The translations under genes and the position numbers were made by a program. DNA of 64,000 nucleotides from Octopus sinensis. Lineage: Eukaryota. The notes under the pieces were generated by a model. That model was not told where the DNA came from. It worked only from the letters and a program-made list of their open reading frames with translations, and did no database searches. Where the stretch lies: NCBI RefSeq assembly GCF_006345805.1, contig NC_043001.1, positions 81,654,001-81,718,000 on the forward strand, written 5' to 3'. Shown here one piece after another: positions 37,557 through 47,841 of this stretch. Position 1 is the first letter of the stretch; the number at the start of each line of letters is the position of its first letter.

Positions 37557-37925
37557 CATCATCATCATCATCATCATCATCATTTAACGTCCGCTTTCCA
37601 TGCTAGCATGGGTTGGACGGTTCAACTGGGGTCTGGGGAGCCCGAAGGCTGCACCAGGCCAGTCAGATCTGGCAGTGTTTCTACAGCTGGATGCCCTTCC
37701 TAACGCCAACCACTCCGAGAGTGTAGTGGGTGATTTTATGTGCCACCGACACAGGTGCCAGACGAGGCTGGCGAACGGCCACACTCGGATGGTGTTTTTA
37801 TGTGCCACCGACACAGGTGCCAGACGAGGCTGGCGAACGGCCACGCTCGTATGTGTTTTATGTGCCACCGACACAGGTGCCAGACGAGGCTGGCGAACGG
37901 CCACGCTCGGATGGTGTTTTTATGT
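37557..37925 (-). mobile_element. RTE 3' fragment with three internal tandem units of 60-62 bp
   Basis: (CAT)n tail at the left. ATGTGCCACCGACACAGGTGCCAGACGAGGCTGGCGAACGGCCAC starts at 37738, 37800 and 37860. Confidence 0.8.
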
Positions 37926-37957
37926 CAAAAGAGGAAAAAGGTAAATTTCAAACTTAC

Positions 37958-38179
37958 CATGTGACTGATTGGATGTCATGGCGCTGGGTGATGGTGGGGG
38001 TGGAGGAAAGGGATACGTATCATCACTTCCACTCCCATCTGATGTGGTTCGTTTTGTGGTCCCGTAAGCCAAACTGTTGCGATTGAGAAGATCAGGCACT
38101 TGAATGCCGGTAGCAGGAACCAGCGGGGGAGTCTTGGTGTTGATATGATTGTGTGATGACGAGTGAGATGACGAGTGAG
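37958..38179 (-). CDS. Internal coding exon (222 nt, phase 1 to 1) of an unidentified minus-strand gene; His/Ser-rich, with PDLL and YPFPPPPP
   Basis: Long pyrimidine tract ending CATTTCCTTGCAG, donor ATG|GTAAGT, length divisible by 3, open frame HSSSHSSSHNHINTKTPPLVPATGIQVPDLLNRNSLAYGTTKRTTSDGSGSDDTYPFPPPPPSPSAMTSNQSH, unique GC-richer sequence. Confidence 0.8.
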
Positions 38180-39839
38180 CTGCAAGGAAATGAGATAAGA
38201 TTGCAATAAGAAAGAGAGACAGACGAGGAGAAAGATGACAGACCAAATGAAACAAAAAAAGATTATGAAAAATAAACAATAAAATAATAGAAATGTAGGT
38301 GGTTACTATAGATACAAGTGTGTCTGGATGCAGGGCAGAATGACAGCTGGGACACATGCTAAAGAATTTAAAGTTTGGTGGTGCTTTATCAGCTTTGTGT
38401 GAGTATATGTTTTATATATACATATATATACACACACAAATCTACATACATACACATATACATATCTATGCACACGTATACACACATATATACACAAAAA
38501 CACACAGACATATACAAACACATATACGCACATACATACACACATTTACATATATATATATATATATATTTATTGTATGATATGTTATTTTAAAGCTAAA
38601 TATACTCTGTCCATACATGACTACCATGATGTGGTTGGATGGTTGGATGTATTCCTCTTAGTGCACTGAGCTGCCAGTTATCAGTGGCTGTGTAAAATCT
38701 ACCCCCACACCCACACATCACTGGGGAGGGGGCGCTTGCACCCCCCCACCAACACTGTTATCAATACTATATTGACATCCCTACAACTGCCAAATCGCCA
38801 TACCACCACCACCAACCATCACATCTACTACCATGTGTTTAGCATGTTTCCTTGTTCATCTGAGGTCAATGACCCAGACATGGAAGGATGTTGTGACGGA
38901 CACAGACACACACACAAAGATAACCAGTAATATTTTATTTATTTACTCATTTATTTGTTTTATTTTGAACTGCTTTTTCTGGAGTGCATATAAGGATTTG
39001 AACCAAGCTGCTTTGAGATACTAAAATACTAATGAATTATATATATTGCCCTTGTTTGTAACTGTAAGGTAAAACTGCACCATCTTATGATAACACATTT
39101 ACAGTTAGGACACTACACAGAACTAGTGGTCTAATGACTTTTAGGTAGCGGACGAAAATCTTAATTGGGTTAGCATTGACAAAATACTGACAGCAGAGAG
39201 ATGCAATACAAGACACTTTCTTGAGACAAACACTGCAGCTTTCTGGCTTTTTACACTAAATCTACATTGAGATATACAGAATGCTATTTTGAACTAATAT
39301 TGCCTCCATCGCTAATACCAATTTGCGACACAAGTGATTTGTTAATCACTGTTTTTCTATATCAGTAGAAGCTAAAATTGTCCAAGTGGTTGATAGTGGA
39401 TACTTGCAACTGATGATGTGCAAAGACGCAGAAATCTAGATTTAGCAATTCCACTTCTGCAGCTGGATGCTATTCATCTGCTACCGATATATTTTTTGTG
39501 CTTTTTAGCACTATATGTCTATAAAAGATACTTTCTCAAGGCGAATAACACAGTTTTCTGGCTTTCTACAGTATATCTACATTAAATAAAATATACAGAA
39601 TGCTATTTTGAACTAACACTACTTCCATTCTTAGTAATGAATTAATATAGATGACATAATTATAGTTAGCTGCTTTTCCACTCTGGGATTATGCCTGGAA
39701 TCTCAGTTTGCAGAGCTGGTATATCCTCGAGCAAACTGTTCTGGTTTCTCAAGTGCACTAAAGTAGAAAGCAGGTAATCACTTTATGACTGGTTGGTTGA
39801 CAACTGCAGATTACAGTTGTAACCCTACATTTTTCATAC

Positions 39840-39985
39840 TTTGGCTAACTTTTAAATTCAATATCGCTACCACTCATAGACATGCTTATAACATTTTAAA
39901 ATACAGTGCAGTATCCATGACTTCTGGAAACATTTTTTCACTCAGAATTGTCAAAGCATGGAATAAGCTACCTGCTTCAGTAACT
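39840..39985 (+). pseudogene. CR1-like LINE 3' coding fragment
   Basis: Frameshifted HAY..IQCSIHDFWKHFF/LRIVKAWNKLPASV, a typical CR1 ORF2 C-terminus. Confidence 0.6.
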
Positions 39986-40388
39986 CTTTTACTTGTTTCA
40001 GTCATTTGACTGTAGCCATGCTGGAGCATGGCCTTTAGTCGAGCAAATTGTCCCCAGGACTTATTCTTTGTAAGCCTAGAACTTATTCTATCGGCTTCTT
40101 TTGCCAAACCACTAAGTTACGGGGATGTAAACACACCAGCTTCGGTTGTCAAGTAATGTTGGGGGGCGGGGGACAAACACTGACACACAAACATACACAC
40201 ACATATATATATATACATATATACGACGGGCTTCTTTCAGTTTCCGTCTACCAAATCCACTCACAAGGCTTTGGTTGGCCCAAGGCTATAGTAGAAGGCA
40301 CTTGCCCAAAGTGCCACGCAGTGGGACAGAACCCGGAACCATGTAGTTGGTAAGCAAGCTACTTACCACAATGCCACTCCTGCGTCTA
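39985..40388 (-). mobile_element. S2 SINE, near full length
   Basis: Reverse complement of the consensus seen at 19313-19712. Confidence 0.85.
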
Positions 40389-40524
40389 TATTATTAGCAA
40401 TTAGAACACTACATCCTTCAAAATTTCAATGCTCCTTGAAATTTACCAGTACTACCCCTAATGTGCCTTTCCTCTTTATGGGTATCTTTCACTTTTCATT
40501 TATCTTTTAACCTTTACTTGTTTC

Positions 40525-41050
40525 AGTCATTTGACTGTGGCCATGCTGGAGCACCACCTTGAAAAATTTTTAGTTGAATACATCGATCCCGGTATTTCTT
40601 TTTTAAAGCCTGGAACTTATTCTATCAGTCTCTTTTGCCAAACCTTTAAGCTACAGGGAAGTCAACACAGACACATGATGGGCTTCTTTCAGTTTCTTAT
40701 TTCTTTATTGCCCTCAAGGGGCTAAACATAGAGGGGACAAACAAGGACAGACAAACGGATTAAGTCGATTACATCGACCCCAGTGCATAACTGGTACTTA
40801 ATTTATTGACACCAAAAGGATCAAAGGCAAAGTCGACCTCGGCAGAATTTGAACTCAGAATGTAATGGCAGATGAAATACCACTAATCACTTCACCCGGC
40901 ATGCTACATTTCAGCCAGCTTTGTGACTAGATTTGGTAGACAGAAACTGAAAGGCAGTGAGCTTTGGTTGGCCCAAAGCTATAGTAGAAGACATTTGCTC
41001 AAGGTGCCATGCAGCGGGACTGAACCTGGAACCATGTGGTTAAGAAGCCA
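40525..41050 (-). mobile_element. S2 SINE interrupted by an S1a SINE (40697-40920), with an adjacent 33-bp inversion
   Basis: Junction GGGCTTCTTTCAGTTTC|TTATTTCTTTATTG. 40921-40953 is host sequence in inverted orientation. Confidence 0.75.
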
Positions 41051-41535
41051 GTTTCTTTTGCATTTCATTCTTTGTACTATACTATATAAGTACTTTTGCC
41101 TAGCAATACTGTCTTTCTTTAATGACTACTGCTGTCTTCTGCCCCATTTTTTACCCTTTGGCAACAAGTTGTGAGCACTGTATACAATAAGCTTATTATT
41201 ATCATTTAGCGCTTGCAAGACAACTGTATTCATGATTAGACAACGTAGCTATTTGCAAGTCTTCTCCCAATGTATGACAGTCGTAGTGTCCTGACAATGG
41301 TGGTTGTTGCAGAATGTGTTACTGTGTTTAACTTATGACCCTATAACAGGCCATTTCTTTTTAGATTTCTATACATTCTTTCAGCATGACTTAAATCTTG
41401 CTGGTGATGGTGCTGCATAAAAAGTACCCAAGCCACTCTGTAAAGTAGTTGGCGTTAGGAAGGGCATCCATCTGTAAACACCATGCCAAAATAGACCTCA
41501 CTGGGGCTGGTGCCACATAAAAAGCATCCAGTCCG

Positions 41536-41928
41536 GGAGTGGCTGTGTGGTAAGTAGCTCGCTTACCAACCACATGGTTCCGGGTTCAGTCCCACTGTGT
41601 GGCACCTTGGGCAAGTGTCTTCTACTATAGCCTCAGGCTAACCAAAGCCTTGTGAGTGGATTTGGTAGATGGAAACTGAAAGAAGCCCGTTGTATATATG
41701 TATATGTATATATATGTGTGTGTGTGTTTGTGTGTCTGTGTTTGTCCCCCCAACATTGCTTGACAACCGATGTTGGTGTGTTTACATCCCTGTAACTTAG
41801 TGGTTCGGCAAAAGAGATTGATAGAATAAGTACTAGGCTTACAAAGAACAAGTCCTGGGGTCGATTTGCTCGACTAAAGGCGGTGCTCCAGCATGGCCAC
41901 AGTCAAATGACTGAAACAAGTAAAAGAG
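41536..41928 (+). mobile_element. S2 SINE, near full length
   Basis: Head, microsatellite and tail all present. Confidence 0.85.
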
Positions 41929-42810
41929 TAGTCCAGTCTGTAAGGTGGTTGGCATTAGGAAGGGCATCCAGCCATAAAAATCATACCAAAACCGACAGTG
42001 ATGCCTGGTGCAGTCTTTTGGATTGCCAGCTCCCGTTGATCTATCCAACCCATTCCAGCATGGGAAACAAACAATGAATGATGATGATAATGATGATGAA
42101 AATTGTGTATTATTTGAGTTCAAAACAAATTAGAACAAGATTATATTATCATATAGCAAAAACCAGAATTATTATAAAGACAATTTAGTGTATTTGGAGA
42201 ATGCATAGTGCTCACCTAGTGTGTGTGTGTGTATGTGTGTGTGTATGAATGTATGTGGATGCACACACACACAATATATATATGTCACTAGTTGTATAAC
42301 CTGTCCTGCTAGCACTACATGACTAATAAACGTTCTTGTCAAGAAAAAACAGCAGAGTTAAAATATCAGAAACAAATTTCATTGATTCGAATTTAAAAAA
42401 ATTTTTTTACATCTGTTTTTCTATGCTAGTATGTGTTGGATAAATATACCATTGAAGCATTGTTTTACACCCAGATGCCCTTCTTCTCTCTCTATCCATT
42501 ACCTGTTTTGCAAGGGATCTCTCTGTTCACATGTCTCTGAAGACATAGAACGGGAAGACAATTCGTTGACGAGAGAGTAATAACAACAAAACTGCTAGTA
42601 ATGAACAACTTTCAGAGCACAACTGTAAACAAACACAAACATGTACACACACACACATGTGCACACACACATTTAGGGTAAATGCTTGTATGCTGAGGGT
42701 GCTGCTGAATGCATGAGTTGATGTCTCATCAGGTGGTGAAGCAGCTCTGTAGGTGTTTCGACCCTTTTTGCCAAGACACCAGAACTGCTCAGGGATACAC
42801 AGGGACTGAC

Positions 42811-43068
42811 AAGTTCTTCTCAATGTCACAAACCTGGGTAATGCTTTTTTTTTCTCAGGGTTGATTTCTAATTGTCTTTGTGGGTAGCCTCTATCCATTC
42901 CAATGATGTTTTCCAAGAGAAAAAGCAAAGAATTACATAGCTCAGTGCCAGTTTTGCCATAGGTGAACACACGAATATAAAATCACTGCCACTGTTTTAA
43001 AGTCTACTTTTCCATGTTTGTATGCATGAGTCAGATTGAATTTGTCGAGGTGGATATTCTACAGCCAG
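42811..43068. repeat. Direct repeat of about 257 bp; partner at 45492-45748
   Basis: AAGTTCTTCTCAATGTCACAAACCTGGGTAA..GGATATTCTACAGCCAG is shared, with scattered substitutions. Confidence 0.9.
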
Positions 43069-43730
43069 CAACAGTACAACATGCAACTCATGCACAACAG
43101 TACAAGTTTTATTGTGTCAGATATTGGGGACTCTGAGCCAAATGTTTCCACCCTCCTCAATGCTTTTTCTTGTGGTACCACTCATCCTCTCTTGAGCCAG
43201 ATGTAATGGCTTGCTTTCTTAGAGGCCCCTGACAATTTTCTTGGAACATCTTTTCCCCACTTCACAGCTAGTCCAAGACTTTTGAACTTCAAGTGAATCC
43301 TTGTTCCAACAAATCCTCTAACACTTATCTTTACAAGACCGAATATTACTTCCCATCCATTGTTTTATTTTTTCTACCAAAGTACCAAATTTACTCACAA
43401 GGCTTTGATCAACTCAAAACTGTAGTAGATAACACTTGCAAAAGACATCATGCATTGGGTATTGAACTCATAAACCCATGATTGGGAAGCGTACTTCTCA
43501 ACCACCGAAGCATGTTTGCACTGATTATAGTGTCTAATTTGCAAAGATATACAATGGCAAACATTCTGCAGTATAAATGGCAGTGCAGTTGTCCAACAAA
43601 CGATAGATATACGATTACAGTCTCTCTGTCTGCAAGACTGTTGCTCTTTATTTTTTCATCACAAATTAGTTCTTATAATAATATACACATACAGTAGTCT
43701 TTTCAACTTGCATACGCTTTGCAAATAGAT

Positions 43731-44005
43731 TTTATTAAAACAAAGCCAATAAGAAACATATATTACACATTTAATCTATTACATTTAGTCATGTTTTACA
43801 AACAGTGCATTCATGCAGAAGTCTCTCTCTCTTTCTCTTCACACCACCACCTGCACAATACTGCATAGTAGAACACGGCAGCACCAGCATCTAATCACAG
43901 CTGCCACTTAAAGACGGCATCTCGTTAATTAAGCAAAGATGGATTAACAATAATGTTCAAACATCTCCAATCTCTCTCTCATCTCCTTTGAATCAATGCA
44001 ATTTC
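43731..44005 (-). CDS. Candidate alternative terminal exon: (G)NCIDSKEMRERLEMFEHYC* plus 3' UTR
   Basis: Very strong acceptor TTTTTGCTCCCCCCTCTTTTTCTTCTGCTTTTCAG at 44006, phase-1 frame open to TAA at 43944-43946, AATAAA at 43731-43736. Confidence 0.3.
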
Positions 44006-44419
44006 CTGAAAAGCAGAAGAAAAAGAGGGGGGAGCAAAAAACAACAACAACAACAACTAAAAGTACTACACCAGCATCATTGAATATTCTGATGACACTA
44101 TGGGGTAGATGGGTGGGGGTGGGGAATAATGTTGGTAGTGGGGGTGGGAAGTGGGGAGAAAAGTTAAAGAGGTAAAAAAAAATAATGAATGAACCCCCCC
44201 CACTCAAAAAAAAAAAAAATTAAAAAAAGGAATAAAAGGCAGAGATGAAAATAAGAAAAAAAATTCCTGAGAAATAAGAAAAAAGAAAAAGATAAAGAAA
44301 ACAAAGAAATGTAGGAAAAGAAAAGCAAAGATAAGTAGAATCGAGAAGTATGAGAAGTGTTGTAGAATGAAGGGATATAAGGAGTCTGAGGATTAGCAGA
44401 ATGGCAAAATGAGGAATAA

Positions 44420-45130
44420 GAGATTAGTAAAGTATGAGGAGCTGAATGGGGAAGGAGGAGTACAAGACTAAGAATGGAGTAGTAGAGTACAAGGCTGAAG
44501 TGCAGTAGAACACAAGAGTGTGATGAGGAATGGAGTACAAGCCTGAAAAGGAGGGGGAGAAGGAGTACAAGCCTGAAGAGGAGGGGGAAAAGGCGTACAA
44601 GACTAAGAAGGGAGTAGTAAAGTACAAGGCTGAAGTGCAATAGAACACAAGAGTGTGATGAGTAGAGTACAAGCCTGAAGAGGAGGAGGAGTACAAGGCT
44701 TAAGTGCAGTAGCAGAACACAAGAGTATGATGAGGAGTAGAGTAGAAGCCGGAGGAGGAGGTGGAGGAGTAGTAGAGTACAAGGCTGAAGTGCAGTAGAA
44801 CAGGAGTGTGATGAGGAGTAGAGTACGGCTTGAGGAGGAGGAGGGGTACAAGACTAAGAATGGAGTAGTGGAGTACAAGTCTGAAGAGGAGGAGAGGTAC
44901 AAGACTAAGAATGGAGTAGTGGAGTACAAGCCTGAGGAGAAGGAGTAGTATAAGACTATGAAGAGTAATAATAAAGTGGAAGAAGAGGAGAGTAGAGTAC
45001 AGGCCTGTGAGGAAGAGGAGTAGAGTATGAGACGATGGGGAGTGATTGTAGAGTATAAAAGTATTTGAAGAGGAGTAACAGAGTACAAAACTATGAGGAG
45101 TGGTGTTAAAATACAAGAGTACTTGAACAG
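44420..45130. repeat. Purine-rich composite minisatellite
   Basis: Modules GAGTACAAG(A/G/C)CT.., GAAGTGCAGTAGAAC and GAGTGTGATGAGG are shuffled in tandem. Confidence 0.8.
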
Positions 45131-46274
45131 TGGTAGAATAGAGAAGCATTAGGTGTTGATGAGAGAAAATGCTAAAATCAGATAGCAGACAGCAGAGAAG
45201 AGGAGGAAGTAAAAGAAAAAATACATTCAACAGGAAAAAGGAGGAACTCTAAGAACAGTAAGATGAGTTCTTAGCTAATGAATTGACAATATTTATAGTG
45301 AAATAATTAACTTAATGAGTTTTATGCTTTATGTTTTGTTTACTTGAATTAACTGTCCTGTTGGATAAAACAAGAATGGTCTGTATTTGTTTCATTAATT
45401 TTAGAAATTGCTAATTGAAGGCACTCCTACACTGACCATCCCTCCTGTAAAGTAGTACAATATTCTCAAGCCGTGATTGGTCAGGACTGAGAAGTTCTTC
45501 TCAATGTCACAAACCTGGGTAACGTATTTTTTTTTTCAGAGTTGACTTCTAGTTATCTTTGTGGGGTTCCTCTATCCATTCCAATGATGTTTTCCAAGAG
45601 AAAAGCAAAGAATTACATAGCTCAGTACCAGTTTTGCCATAGGTGAATACACGAATATAAAAACACTGCCACTGTTTTAAAGTCTACTTTTCCGTGCTTG
45701 CATGCATGAGTCAGATTGAATTTGTCGAGGTGGATATTCTACAGCCAGGTGCTCTTCCTGTCACCAACTCTCACCAGTTTCCAAGGAAGATGGTATTTCC
45801 CCTTGGCAGGATATGTTTTCACATAGGATTGGAAATGAAGTGTAAGACTGGCATGATGAAGATGCTTGCTAACAACCATCACATGATGTCAAGGAAAGGC
45901 GAGAGTAACACACACATATGATGGTTTTCTTTTAGTTTTATTATCATCATCATCATCATCATCACTTAACTTCCGCCTTCCATATTGGCATGGGTTGGAT
46001 GGTTTGATAGGAGCCAGCCAAGCAGAAGCCTGCACCAGACTTCTGTAACTGTTTTGGCAGGGTTTTACAGCTGGATGCCCTTCCTAACACCAACCACCCA
46101 GGAGTGTTTCCAACAAGGTTTCATTCAGCCTGAGGCTATAGTAGAAGACACTTCTCAATATATCATGCAGTTGGGATTGAACCCAAAACTACATGGTTAG
46201 GAAGCAAGCTTCTCAACTCCACAGCCTCAACTGTCCCTATTATCTCATCATCCATAAGCATTATGTCCATATAG

Positions 46275-46660
46275 GTGTAGGAGTGGCTCTGTGGTAAGTA
46301 GCTAGCTTATGAACAACATGGTTCTGGGTTCAGTTCCACTGCATGGCACCTTGGGAAGTGTCTTCAACTATAGACTCAGGCCAACCAAAGCCTTGTGAGT
46401 GGATTTGGTAAACAGAAACTGAAAGAAGCCTGCCATATGTATGTATGTGTATGTATATATATATATATGTATGTATGTCTGTGTTTGTCCTCCCAACATC
46501 GCTTGACAACTGATGCTGGTGTGTAACTTAAGCGGTCCTGTAAAAGAGACCGATAGAATAAGTACTAGGCTTACAAAGAATAAGTCCTGAGGTCGATTTG
46601 CTCGACTAAAGGCGGTGCTCCAGCATGACTGCAGCCAAATGACTGAAACAAGTAAAAGAG
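46275..46660 (+). mobile_element. S2 SINE
   Basis: Head, microsatellite and tail. Confidence 0.8.
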
Positions 46661-47588
46661 ATACTAGCAGAGCCATTGCTCTCGTATGCAACACTTGATT
46701 CCTCTTAAACCCTGATATCTCATCTCAGTGTTCACACACAGCAACATTACATATCCAGCTAATCACACTCGCTTTGTTTCTTTGCAACCTTCATAGACAC
46801 ACACAGACATTCTCTGCAATTTCTAGCAGGTCAAGCAATGACATAGAGACTCCTTTGTTACAGATCACCCAAACATTTTTGTTATACTAGCAAGCTTGTG
46901 TATTGGTATTTAACAGCAAAATTAACTCCAGAGAAGCAATGAGAACTAACTGGAGTCAAATAAATACATCAGTTAGAAAACATCAAAATTACATTTATAC
47001 AGCCAAGGAGATCAAAGCTAAACAAGGCCATCCATAAGAACAGAACAAATACATACATGTTAATCAGAATTGATCAAATGTAGGCACATTCACTGAAACT
47101 GAAATACACATACACTCATCAGAACTGGATAAATATACACACATCCATTAGAACTAAACAAATATATGCAGTAACCACAATTAAACATGGATACGCACCA
47201 TTAACAGCAGCATCATCACTGGTGATAACTACATAATGCTATATATATACAGCTGTGATGAGGAATGTTAGAGCAACACTGACCATGAGCTTGAGGTGAG
47301 GGTTGTTGAGCTAAGAATTGGTTTGTATATTGGCACAAGAAAAGAGAAATCTCTTCATCTCTTGTACTTGCTTCAGTCATTATATTGCGGCCATGCTGGG
47401 GCACTGCCTTGAATTTTTAGTTGAATCAACTGATCCCAGTACATTTTTATTATTATTTTTTAAAGCCTGGTGTTTATTCTATAAGATTCTTTTGTTGAAC
47501 CAGTAGCTTACAGGGACATAAACCACTTGCCAAGTGATGATGAGGGTCAAACACCGACACATATATCCGATGGGCTTCTTTCAGTTTC

Positions 47589-47841
47589 TTATTTCTTTAT
47601 TGCCTACAAGGAGATAAACATAGAGGGGACAAACAAGGACAGGTAAAGGGATTAAGTCGATTACATCGACCCCAGTGTGTAACTGGTACTTAACTTATCG
47701 ACCCCGAAAGAATGAAAGGCAAAGTCGATCGTGGTGGAATTTGAACTTAGAACGTAACAGCAGACGAAATACTGCTAAGCATTTTGCCGGCGTGCTAACA
47801 TTTCTGCCAGCTTGCCACCTTTTTTTTTTTTTTTTTTTTTA
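47589..47841 (-). mobile_element. S1a SINE inside an S2 SINE (about 47362-47995), with a 5' poly(A) tract
   Basis: 27-bp TSD ATATATCCGATGGGCTTCTTTCAGTTT (47561-47587, 47842-47868). T-run of about 21 nt at about 47820-47840. Confidence 0.85.

Noticed and set aside
37738-37923. Regular repeats of about 60 bp resembling a CRISPR array
   Set aside because: The units repeat in full with no unique spacers, lie in an RTE 3' UTR, and have no cas genes nearby. The same applies to 56890-57169.
42690-42775. GAAAC..CTGATGAGAC on the minus strand as a type II hammerhead
   Set aside because: Stem II is only 3 bp, and no NUH site with helix III and helix I pairing could be placed.
42859-42962. Plus-strand exon-like segment (TTTCTCAG..AG|GTGAA) in the duplicated block
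   Set aside because: Stops in all three frames in this copy, and the sequence is repeat-derived.
42527-42970. 147-aa minus-strand ORF
   Set aside because: It spans a repeat and a TG microsatellite, has no recognisable domain, and the partner copy does not keep the frame.
44164-45230. Long Leu/Tyr/Ser-rich minus-strand ORFs
   Set aside because: Products of the purine minisatellite.
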